Assembly (NCBI RefSeq): GCF_963921235.1
Contig: NC_086097.1
Coordinates: 174,160,001-174,224,000, forward strand
DNA from: Mobula hypostoma
Taxonomy: Eukaryota
Reading direction: 5' to 3'
Length of the DNA stretch: 64,000 nucleotides
How positions within the stretch are numbered: the stretch's first letter is position 1; each line of letters starts with the position of its first letter. Positions 21,201-32,827 of this stretch are shown one piece after another. A model generated the notes under the pieces. The model did no database searches, was not told the DNA's origin, and saw only the letters and a list, made by a program, of their open reading frames with translations. The position numbers and the translations under genes were made by a program.

Positions 21201-24200
21201 ACCAGAGAGGGTAAATTGCCTTCTGATTGCTGGTGGGATTGCTCTGCGACCAGAGAGGGTAAATTGCCTTCTGATTGCTGGTGAGATTGCTCTGCTACTG
21301 GAGTGGAGGGACTGCTTTCTGATTGCTGGTGGGATTGCTCTGCTACCAGAGAGGGTAAATTGCCTTCTGATTGCTGGTGGGATTGCTCTGCTACCAGAGA
21401 GGGTAAACTGCCTTCTGATTGCTGCTCGGATTGCTCTGCTACCAGAGAGGGTAATTTGCCTTCTGATTGCTGGTGGGATTGCTCTACTACCAAAGAAGGT
21501 AAATTGCCTTCTGATTGCTGGTGGGATTGCTGTGCTGCTGGAGAGGAGGGACTGCTTTCTGATTGCTGGTGGGATTGCTGTGCCACTGGAGAGGGTAAAT
21601 TGCCTTCTGATTGCTGGTGGGATTGCTCTGCTACCAGAGAGGGTAAACTGCCTTCTGATTGCTGGTGGGATTGCTCTGCTACCAGAGAGGGTAAATTGCC
21701 TTCTGATTGCTGGTGGGATTGCTCTGCTACCAGAGAGGGTAAATTGCCTTCTGATTGCTGGTGGGATTGCTCTGCTGCTGGAGAAGGGGGACTTCTTTCT
21801 GATTGCTGGTGGGATTGCTCTGCTACCAGAGAGGGTAAATTGCCTTCTGATTGCTGGTGGGATTGCTCTGCTGCTGGAGAAGGGCGACTGCTTTCTGATT
21901 GCCGGTGGGATTGCTGTGATACCAGAGAGGGTAAATTGCCTTCTGATTGCTGGTGGGATTGCTCTGCTACCAAAGAAGGTAAATTGCCTTCTGATTGCTG
22001 GTGGGATTGCTCTGCTACTGGAGAGGGTAATTTGGCTTCTGATTGCTGGTGGGATTGGTCTGTCACCAGAGAGCGTAAACTGCCTTCTGATTGCTGGTGA
22101 GATTGCTCTGCTGCTGGAGAGAGGGGAGTGCTTTCTGATTGTTGGCGGGGTTGCTTTGCTACTGGAGAGGGGGGACTGATTCCTGATTGCTGGTGGGATT
22201 GCTCTGCTACCAGAGAGGGTAAATTGTCTTCTGATTGCTGGTGGGATTGCTCTGCTACTGGAGAGGGGGGACTGCTTTCAGATTGCTGTTGGGATTGCTG
22301 TGCTGCTGGAGAGGGGGGGGCTGCTTTCAGATTGATGGCGGGATTGCTTTGCTACTGGAGAGAGGGGACTGTTTTTGATTGCTGGTGGGATTGCACTGCT
22401 ACCAGGGAGGGTAAACTGCCTTCTGACCACTGTTGGGATTGCTCTGCAACCAGAGAGGGTAAACTGCCTTCTGATTGCTGGTGGGATTGCTCTGCTACGA
22501 GAGAGGGTAAATTGCCTTCTGATTGCTGGTGGGATTGCTCTGCTACCAGAGAGAGTAAACTGCCTTCTGATTGCTGGTGGGATTGCTCTGCTACGACAGA
22601 GGGTAAATTGGCTTCTAATTACTGGTGGGATTGCTGTGCCACTGGAGAGGGTAAATTGCCTTCTGATTGCTGGTGGGATTGGTCTGGTACCAGAGAGGGT
22701 AAACTGCCATCTGATTGCTGGTGGGATTGCTCTGCTACCAGAGAGGGTAAATTGCCTTCTGATTGCTGGTGGGATTGCTCTGCTGCTGGAGAGGGGGGAC
22801 TGCTTTCTGATTGCTGGTGGGATTGCTCTGCTACCAGAGAGGGTAAATTGCCTTCTGATTGCTGGTGGGATTGCTCTGCTACCAGAGAGGGTAAATTGCC
22901 TTCTGATTGCTGTTGGGATTGCTCTGCTGCTGGAGAGGGTAATTTGCCTTCTGATTGCTAGTGGGATTGCTCTGCTACCAAAGAAGGTAAATTGCCTTCT
23001 GATTGCTGTTGGGATTGCTGTGTTGCTGGAGAGGTGGGGCTGCTTCAGATTGCTGGTGGGATTGCTGTGCCACTGGAGAGGGTAAATTGCCTTCTGATTG
23101 CTGGTGGGATTGGTCTGGTACCAGAGAGGGTAAACTGCCTTCTGATTGCTGGTGGGATTGCTGTGCTACTGGAGAGGGTAAATTGCCTTCTGATTGCTGG
23201 TGGGATTGCTCTGCAACCAGAGAGGGTAAATTGCCTTCTGATTGCTGGTGGGATTGCTCTGCTACCAGAGAGGGTAAACTGCCTTCTAATTGCTGGTGGG
23301 ATTGCTCTGCTACCAGAGAGGGTAAATTGCCTTCTGACCACTGGTGGGATTGCTCTGCGATCAGAGAGGGTAAATTGCCTTCTGATTGCTGGTGGGATTG
23401 CTCTGCTACCAGAGAGGGTAAACTGCCTTCTGATTGCTGGTGGGATTGCTGTGCTACTGGAGAGGGTAAATTGCCTTCTGATTGCTGGTGGGATTGCTCT
23501 GCTACCAGAGAGGGTAAATTGCCTTCTGATTGCTGGTGGGATTGCTGTGCTACTGTAGAGGGGGGACTGCTTTCTGATTGCTGGTGGGATTGCTCTGCTA
23601 CCAGAGAGGGTAAATTGCCTTCTGATTGCTGGTGGGATTGCTCTGCTACCAGAGAGGGTAAATTGCCTTCTGATTGCTGGTGGGATTGCTCTGCTACCAG
23701 AGACGGTAAACTGCCTTCTGTTGCTGTTGGGATTGCTGTGTTGCTGGAGAGGTGGGGCTGCTTTCAGATTGCTGGTGGGATTGCTGTGCCACTGGAGAGG
23801 GTAAATTGCCTTCTGATTGCTGGTGGGATTGCTCTGCTACCAGAGAGGGTAAACTTCCGTCTAACCACTGGTGCGATTCCTCTGCTACCAGAGAGGGCAA
23901 ATTGCCTTCTGATTGCTGGTGGGATTGCTCTGCTCCCAGAGAGGGTAAATTGCCTTCTGATTGCTGGTGGGATTGCTCTGCTACCAGAGAGGGTAAACTG
24001 CCTTCTGATTGCTGGTGGGATTGCTCTGCTACTGGAGAGGGTAAATTGCCTTCTGATTGCTGGTGGGATTGCTCTGCAACCAGAGAGGGTAAATTGCCTT
24101 CTGATTGCTGGTGGGATTGCTCTGCTACCAGAGAGGGTAAACTGCCTTCTAATTGCTGGTGGGATTGCTCTGCTACTAGAGAGGGTAAATTGTCTTCTGA

Positions 24201-27200
24201 TTGCTGGTGGGATTGCTCTGCTACCAGAGAGGGTAAATTGCCTTCTGACCACTGGTGGGATTGCTCTGTGATCACAGAGGGTAAATTGCCTTCTGATTGC
24301 TGGTGGGATTGCTCTGCTACCAGAGAGGGTAAACTGCCTTCTGACTGCTGGTGGGATTGCTGTGCTACTGGAGAGGGTAAATTGCCTTCTGATTGCTGGT
24401 GGGATTGCTCTGCAACCAGAGAGGGTAAATTGCCTTCTGATTGCTGGTGGGATTGCTCTGCTACCAGAGAGGGTAAACTGCCTTCTAATTGCTGGTGGGA
24501 TTGCTCTGCTACTAGAGAGGGTAAATTGTCTTCTGATTGCTGGTGGGATTGCTCTGCTACCAGAGAGGGTAAATTGCCTTCTGATTGCTGGTGGGATTGC
24601 TCTGCTATCAACGAAGGTAAATTGCCTTCTGATTGCTGGTGGGATTGCTCTGCAACCAGAGAGGGTAAATTGCCTTTTGATTGCTGGTGGGATTGCTCTG
24701 CTACCAGAGAGGGTAAACTGCCTTCTAATTGCTGGTGGGATTGCTCTGCTACTAGAGAGGGTAAATTGTCTTCTGATTGCTGGTGGGATTGTTGTGCTGG
24801 TGGAGAGGAGGGACTGCTTTCTGATTGCTGGTGGGATTGCTCTGCTGCTGGAGAGGGGGGACTGCTTTCAGATTGCTGGTGGGATTGCTCTGCTACCAGA
24901 GAGGGTAAATTGCCTTCTCATTGCTGGTGGGATTGCTCTGCTACCAGAGAGGGTAAACTTCCGTCTAACCACTGGTGCGATTCCTCTGATACCAGAGAGG
25001 GCAAATTGCCTTCTGATTGCTGGTGGGATTGCTCTGCTGCTGGAGACAGGGGAGTGCTTTCTGATTGCTGGCGGGATTGCTTTGCTACTGGAGAGGGGGG
25101 ACTGCTTTCTGATTACTGGTGGGATTGCTCTGCGACCAGAGAGGGTAAATTACCTTCTGATTGCTGGTGGGATTGCTCTACTACCAAAGAAGGTAAATTG
25201 CCTTCTGATTGCTGGTGGGATTGCTGTGCTGCTGGAGAGGAGGGACTGCTTTATGATTGCTGGTGGGATTGCTGTGCCACTGGAGAGGGTAAATTGCCTT
25301 CTGATTGCTGGTGGGATTGCTCTGCTACCAGAGAGGGTAAACTTCCTTCTGACCACTGGTGCGATTGCTCTGCTACCAGAGAGGGCAAATTGCCTTCTGA
25401 TTGCTGGTGGGATTGCTCTGCTTCCAGAGAGGGTAAATTGCCTTCTGATTGCTGGTAGGATTGCTCTGCTGCTGGAGAAGGGGGACTGCTTACTGATTGC
25501 TGGTGGGATTGCTCTGCTACCAGAGCGGGTAAATTGCCTTCTGATTGCTGGTGGGATTGCTCTGCTGCTGGAGAAGGGGGACTGCTTTCTGGTTGTCGGT
25601 GGGATTGCTGTGCTCCTGGAGAGGGTAAATTGCCTTTTGATTGCTGGTGGCATTGCTCTGCTACCAGAGAGGGTAAACTGCCTTCTGATTGCTGGTGGGA
25701 TTGCTGTGCTACCAGAGAGGGTAAATTGCCTTCTGATTGCTGGTGGGATTGCTCTGCTACCAAAGAAGGTAAATTGCCTTCTGATTGCTGGTGGGATTGC
25801 TCTGCTACTGGAGAGGGTAATTTGGCTTCTGATTGCTGGTGGGATTGGTCTGTCACCAGAGAGCGTAAACTGCCTTCTGATTGCTGGTGAGATTGCTCTG
25901 CTGCTGGAGAGAGGGGACTGCTTTCTGATTGCTGGCGGGATTGCTTTGCTACTGGAGAGGGGGCACTGCTTTTTGATTGCTGGTGGGATTGCTCTGCGAC
26001 CAGAGAGGGTAAATTGACTTCTGATTGCTGGTGGGAATGCTGTGCTACTGGAGAGGGGGAACTGCTTTCAGATTGCTGTTGGGATTGCTGTGCTGCTGGA
26101 GAGGGGGGGGCTGCTTTCAGATTGCTGGTGGGATTGCTCTGCTGCTGGAGAGAGGGGACTGCTTTCTGATTGCTGGTGGGATTATTCTGCTACGAGAGAG
26201 GGTAAAATGCCTTCTAATTACTGGTAGGATTGCTGTGCCACTGGAGAGGGTAAACTGCCATCTGATTGCTGGTGGGATTGCTCTGCTACCAGAGAGGGTA
26301 ATTTGCCTTCTGATTGCTGGTGGGATTGCTCTGCTGCTGGAGAGGGGGGACTGCTTTCTGATTGCCGGTGGGATTGCTGTGCTACTGGAGAGGGTAAATT
26401 CCCTTTTGATTGCTGGTGGGATTGCTCTGCTACCAGAGAGGGTAAATTGCCTTCTGATTGATGGTGGGATTGCTCTGCTGCTGGAGAGGGTAATTTGCCT
26501 TCTGATTGCTAGTGGGATTGCTCTGCTACCAAAGAAGGTAAATTGCCTTCTGATTGCTGTTGGGATTGCTGTGTTGCTGGAGAGGTGGGGCTGCTTCAGA
26601 TTGCTGGTGGGATTGCTGTGCCACTGGACAGGGTAAATTGCCTTCTGATTGCTGGTGGGATTGGTCTGGTACCAGAGAGGGTAAACTGCCTTCTGATTGC
26701 TGGTGGGATTGCTCTGCTACGAGAGAGGGTAAATTGCCTTCTGACCACTGGTGGGATTGCTCTGCGATCACAGAGAGTAAATTCCCTTCTGATTGCTGGT
26801 GGGATTGCTCTGCTACCAGAGAGGGTAAACTGCCTTCTGACTGCTGGTGGGATTACTGTGCTACTGGAGAGGGTAAATTGCCTTCTGATTGCTGGTGGGA
26901 TTGCTCTGCAACCAGAGAGGGTAAATTGCCTTCTGATTGCTGGTGGGATTGCTCTGCTACCAGAGAGGGTAAACTGCCTTCTAATTGCTGGTGGGATTGC
27001 TCTGCTACTAGAGAGGGTAAATTGTCTTCTGATTGCTGGTGGGATTGCTCTGCTACCAGAGAGGGTAAATTGCCTTCTGATTGCTGGTGGGATTGCTCTG
27101 CTATCAACGAAGGTAAATTGCCTTCTGATTGCTGGTGGGATTGCTCTGCTACCAGAGAGGGTAAATTGCCTTCTGATTGCTGGTGGGATTGCTCTGCTTC

Positions 27201-30200
27201 CAAAGAAGGTAAATTGCCTACTGATTGCTGGTGGGATTGCTGTGCTGCTGGAGAGGAGGGACTGCTTTCTGATTGCTGGTGGGATTGCTCTGCTACCAGA
27301 GAGGGTAAATTGCCTTCTGATTGCTGGTGGGATTGCTCTGCGACCAGAGAGGATAAATTGCCTTCTGATTGCTGGTGGTATTGCTCTGCTGCTGGAGAAG
27401 GGGGACTGCTTTCTGATTGCTAGTGGGATTGCTCTGCTACCAGAGAGGGTAAATTGCCTTCTGATTGCTGGTGGGATTGCTCTGCTACCAGAGAGGGTAA
27501 ACTGCCTTCTGATTGCTGGTGGGATTGCTCTGCTTCCAAAGAAGGTAAATTGCCTTCTGATTGCTGGTGGGATTGCTCTGCTGCTGGAGAAGGGGGACTT
27601 CTTTCTGATTGCTGGTCGGATTGCTCTGCTACCAGAGAGGGTAAATTGCCTTCTGATTGCTGGTGGGATTGCTCTGCTACCAAAGAAGGTAAATTGCCTT
27701 CTGATTGCTGGTGGGATTGCTCTGCTGCTGGAGAGAGGGGACTGCTTTCTGATTGCTTGTGGGATTGCTTTGCTACTGGAGAGGGGGGTCTGCTTTCTGA
27801 TTGCTTGTGTGATTGCTCTGCTACCAGAGAGGGTAAATTCCCTTCTGATTGCTGGTGGGATTGCTCTGCTACCAAAGAAGGTAAATTGCCTTCTGATTGC
27901 TGGTGGGATTGGTCTGGTACCAGAGAGCGTAAACTGCCTTCTAATTGCTGGTGGGATTGCTGTGCTACCAGAGAGGGTAAATTGCCTTCTAATTGCTGGT
28001 GGGATTGCTGTGCTACTGTAGAGGGGGGACTGCTTTCTGATTGCTGGTGGGATTGCTCTGCTACCAGAGAGGGTAAATTGCCTTCTGATTGCTGGTGGGA
28101 TTGCTCTGCTACCAGATAGAGTAAATTGCCTTCTAATTGCTGGTGGGATTGCTCTGCTAACAGAGAGGGTAAATTGCCTTCTGATTCCTGGTGGGATGGC
28201 TGTGCTGCTGGAGATGGGGGGCTGCTTTCAGATTACTGGTGGGATTGCTGTGCCAATGGAGAGGGTAAATTCCCTTCTGATTGCTGGTGGGATTGGTGTG
28301 GTACCAGAGAGGGTAAACTGTCTTCTGATTGCTGGTGGGATTGCTCTGCTACCAGACAGAGTAAATTGCCTTCTAATTGCTGGTCGGATTGCTGTGCTAC
28401 CAGAGAGGGTAAATGGCCTTCTTATTGCTGGTGGGATTGCTCTCCTACCAGAGAAGGGTAAATTGCCTTTTGATTGCTGGTGGGATTGGTCTGCTGCTGG
28501 AGGGGGGGGGCTGCTTTCAGATTACTGGTGGGATTGCTGTGCCACTGGAGATGGTAAATTGCCTTCTGATTGCTGGTGGGATTGCTCTGCTACCAGAGAG
28601 GGTAAATTGCCTTCTGATTGCTGGTGGGATTGCTCTGCTAACAGAGAGGGTAAATTGCCTTCTGATTGCCGGTGGGATTGCTGTGCTACCACAGATGGTA
28701 AATTGCCTTCTAATTGCTGGTGGGATTGCTGTGCTACCAGAGAGGGTAAATTGCCTTCTGATTGCTGGTGGAATTGCTCTGCTACCAGAGAGGGTAAATT
28801 GCCTTCTGATTGCTGGTGGGATTGCTCTGCTGCTGGAGAGGGGGGACTGCTTTCTGATTGCTGGTGGGATTGCTCTGCTACCAGAGAGGGTAAATTGCCT
28901 TCTGATTGCTGCTGGGATTGCTCTGCTACCAGAGAGGGTAAATTGCCTTCTGATTGCTGGTGGGATTGCTCTGCTCCCAGAGAGGGTAAACTGCCTTCTG
29001 ATTGCTGGTGGGATTGCTCTGGTACCAAAGAGGGTAAATTGCCTTCTGATTGCTGGTGGGATTGCTGTGCTACCAGAGACGGTAAACTGCCTTCTGTTGC
29101 TGGTGGGATTGCTGTGCCACTGGAGAGGGTAAATTGCCTTCTGATTGCTGGTGGGATTGCTGTGCTACCAGAGACGGTAAACTGCCTTCTGTTGCTGGTG
29201 GGATTGCTGTGCCACTGGAGAGGGTAAATTGCCTTCTGATTGCTGGTGGGATTGGTCTGGTACCAGAGAGGGTAAACTGCCTTCTGATTGCTGGTGGGAT
29301 TGCTCTGCTACCAGAGAGCGTAAACTGCCTTCTGATGGCTGGTGGGATTGCTCTGCTACCAAAGAAGGTAAATTGCCCTCTGATTGCTGGTGGGATTGCT
29401 GTGTTGCTGGAGAGGGGGGACTGCTTTCAGATTGCTGGTGGGATTGCTCTGCTACCAGATAGAGTAAATTGCCTTCTAATTGCTGGTGGGATTACTCTGC
29501 TAACAGAGAGGGTAAATTGCCTTCTGATTGCTGGTGGGATTGCTCTGCTCCCAGAGAGGGTAAACTGCCTTCTGATTGTTGGTGGGGTTGCTGTGCTACC
29601 GGAGAGGGTAAATTCCCTTCTGATTGCTGGTGTGATTGCTGTGATACCAGAGAGAGTAAATTATCTTCTCATTGCTGGTGGGATTGCTCTGCTACCAGAA
29701 AGGGTAAATTGCTTTCTGATTGCTGGTGGGATTGCTCTGCTACCAGAGAGGGTAAATTGCCTTCTGATTTATGGTGGGATTGCTCTGCTGATGGAGAGGG
29801 TAATTTTCCTTCTGATTGCTAGTGGGATTGCTCTGCTACCAAAGAAGGTAAATTGCCTTCTGATTGCTGGTGGGATTGCTGTGTTGCTGGAGAGGTGGGG
29901 CTGCTTCACATTGCTATTGGGATTGCTGTGCCACTGGAGAGGGTAAATTGCCTTCTGATTGCTGGTGGGATTGCTCTGCTACCAAAGAAGGTAAATTGCG
30001 TTCTGATTGCTGGTGGGATTGCTCTGCTGCTGGAGAGTGTAAATTGCCTTCAGATTGCTGGTGGGATTGCTCTGTGACCAGATAGCGTAAACTGCCTTCT
30101 GATTTCTGGTGGGATTGCTCTGCTACCAGAGAGGGTAAATTGCCTTCTGATTGCTGGTGGGATTGCTTTGCTACTGTAGAGGGGGGACTGCTTTCTGATT

Positions 30201-30252
30201 GCTGGTGGGATTCCACTGCTACCAGAGAGGGTAAATTGACTTCTAATTGCTG
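15221..30252 (+). repeat. 48-bp tandem repeat array (large minisatellite/satellite), about 310 units, ending at the assembly gap
   Basis: Consensus CTGATTGCTGGTGGGATTGCTCTGCTACCAGAGAGGGTAAATTGCCTT. The ORF track shows 16-aa periodicity in four frames. A variant unit type (CTGCTGGAGAGGGGGGACTGCTTT) becomes common distally. Confidence 0.99.
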
Positions 30253-30259
30253 ATTATTC

Positions 30260-30459
30260 NNNNNNNNNNNNNNNNNNNNNNNNNNNNNNNNNNNNNNNNN
30301 NNNNNNNNNNNNNNNNNNNNNNNNNNNNNNNNNNNNNNNNNNNNNNNNNNNNNNNNNNNNNNNNNNNNNNNNNNNNNNNNNNNNNNNNNNNNNNNNNNNN
30401 NNNNNNNNNNNNNNNNNNNNNNNNNNNNNNNNNNNNNNNNNNNNNNNNNNNNNNNNNNN
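30260..30459. other. Assembly gap (200 N)
   Basis: A run of exactly 200 N, consistent with a fixed-length scaffolding gap. Confidence 0.99.
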
Positions 30460-30793
30460 TCTGTTTCTATCTTATCAGTACTCTCAACTGGTTCATGATA
30501 CTGATCAGGCTCTTGAACAAAAGGCGATAACTACACCCATTCTATTTCTGATGAAGGGTTCTGGCCCGAAACAACGATCAGCATCTTTTCCACGGATGCT
30601 GCCCAACGTGCTGAGTTCCTCCGGCATGTTGTGAGTGTTCATAGGTTCGATGTCCATTCAGAAATCGCATGGCAGAGGTATTGAGAAATATTAAGCACAG
30701 AATAAAGATATTAACTGTCTACTCTATCTATGCATTTCACAATTTTTAAACTTTTATCAGGTATCCTCTCAACCTCCTCAGCTCCAGAGAAAA
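30460..30793. other. Patchwork of short repeat fragments with no counterpart upstream of copy 1
   Basis: Successive pieces of ~40-90 bp: a LINE-tail-like piece, a Penelope-type end (30548-30639), a LINE piece resembling 7970-8005, an unknown piece and a minus-strand CR1 piece (30717-30793). Confidence 0.6.
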
Positions 30794-30818
30794 CTCATTA
30801 ACTAGTTACTTTGGGCAA

Positions 30819-30904
30819 TCTATTTTAATATGCATTTTAACTGTTCGTTTCCTCCTAGTTGTCTATTTTAATATGCATTTTAACTGTTCGTTTCCTCCTA
30901 GTTG
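30819..30904 (+). repeat. 43-bp perfect tandem duplication specific to copy 2
   Basis: TCTATTTTAATATGCATTTTAACTGTTCGTTTCCTCCTAGTTG occurs twice (30819-30861 and 30862-30904) but only once in copy 1. Confidence 0.95.
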
Positions 30905-31866
30905 TGTTTGTTTTCTCTGATGTATTCAATAATTTTTAATAATTCAATAATTTCCCATTTAACAATCTCGGGCTTTAAACCACCCTTCAAAGCTTAGATA
31001 TCTTGCTTTGTCCAGTTTGGTTGATTTGTATATTGACACCAATCCTACATGTATTTTCTGTAGTTCAATGGCTAGATTTTATCATTGCTGTTGCACATTA
31101 TGAAGATCTGCATTCATCTGTCATTTGGAGCTATAGCTGGGGGAGATTTAGCTGACTTCTGATAATTCCAGCATACGTGGTGATGTCAGTCTTAGTGAGC
31201 TGTTCATCTCTCCTGTTTCCTTTTGCATAATGCCATGTAGTTTCTACTGTCACTATTATTAAACATTTGCATCTTGAAATTAATGTTAAATGGGATTGAC
31301 AGCAATCCTGTATCACATTATATATTTATATTGCAAACTATTCGTCCTAAATAAATTAAGTCTTGGATGCTATTTTTACTGTAAATTTTTTCTCATCATT
31401 TTTGTACAGGTGGTTGATTTTAGGACAGTATTTATATCTGGAGTCCCTTGACGTATACAGTAGTAAAGCACGATACTTGTATTTGGAATGATCATTGAGT
31501 AGCAAACTGAGGAATCTTTGTCAGTGAGGAAAACCAGTCTTACCTGGTATACATTATGTGAAAGGAGTATGACAAATTGGTTGAAATACAGGTTTCACCT
31601 ATAAAGTGCATTTGGGGTCCCAAGAGATGGGAATGGGGTTGAAGCAAGAGTTGCCGTATTGTTTTCTCTATTATTTTCCATTACCTTGGCTAATATTTAC
31701 CTTTTAATATTCTTAACTAAAAAGAAGGGACTGAATTTCATTTCTCTTTCAGGCCACCTGATTGTTTTGTAGCTAATGAGTTAATATAATAAGCAAATTT
31801 TAAAATATCAAGCTTCAGAACACAGCAATGTGATACGCAAAGTTGTCTTGACTTTAGTGAATTGAT

Positions 31867-32149
31867 TGAAGAATAATGGCTAACACGAGAGGGCACAGTT
31901 TTAAAGTGCTTGGAAGTAAGTACAGTGGAGATGTCGGGGTGGTGAGTGTATGGATTGGGCTGCCGGCAACATTGGTGGAGGCGGACACAATAGGGTCTTT
32001 TAAGAGACTCTTGAGTAGGTACATGGAGCTTAGAAAAATAGAAGGCTATGTGTAACCCTAGGTAATTTCTAAAGTAATTACATGTTTGGCACAGCATTGT
32101 GGGTCGAAGGGCCTGTGTTGTGCTGTAAGTTTTCTATGTTTCTATGTTT
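31867..32149 (+). mobile_element. CR1 3' end (copy 2)
   Basis: Matches 5255-5537. Confidence 0.85.
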
Positions 32150-32517
32150 AATGCGTTTTGACTACACCTCTAAAGGTAACTTGCATGCTTTTTTTTTTGA
32201 AGCAACACATTAGTGAACTGCATCGTTTCTTCTGGTAAATCTATTTGCACGGCGTTTGCATAAGTAGTTCGAAGATATTAACTCAGCAAATGAGAAAAAT
32301 ATTTAAACTCCAGTGGTAAGCTGAGAGCTCTGCCCTCATCAGAGGCTTGGTAAAGCTGATCAAGGGGATTCAAAGGAGAACTCTCTGGTGGCTGAAATCC
32401 AACCTCCCAGAAAGGCAAATGGCGTAGCTGTTGAGCGAGAGTAGGGCACCAACTATTCATCACTTGCATATTAGTGTATAGCTTCCGCCCTTCTGATTTT
32501 CCTACCAGCCGACTGCA

Positions 32518-32730
32518 CTGGCATACACTGGGGCTTATTTTACAGTAATCAGTTAATCTAACAATCAACTTGTCTTTGGCACATAGGAAAAGAATGGAAG
32601 CACCCAAGAGTAATCCACATAGTTACAATAAGAACATGCAAACTCAGTTTAGACGGTACTGGGATTCGGGATTGAATCTGAATTGCTAAGGCTGTGAGAT
32701 GTTTGCACTACCTGCAACACATTTGTGCCC
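32518..32730 (-). mobile_element. V-SINE (copy 2)
   Basis: Matches 5905-6117. Confidence 0.6.
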
Positions 32731-32827
32731 ATCTCTGCCATAAATGAGCAAACCTTTATTTTTAAACAGTGATCCCTAGTCTGGTTTCTTTCTCATGAGG
32801 AAATACTTTTCCACTTCCAGTCTGCCA

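Larger units (their letters stand above)
4225..30259 (+). repeat. Copy 1 of a large direct duplication (unique ~11 kb plus 48-bp array)
   Basis: The sequence from CTCATTAACTAGTTAC (4225) recurs at 30794. ORF-track entries repeat at offsets of 26612-26657, with about ten substitutions and a few indels seen by eye over 11 kb. Confidence 0.97.
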
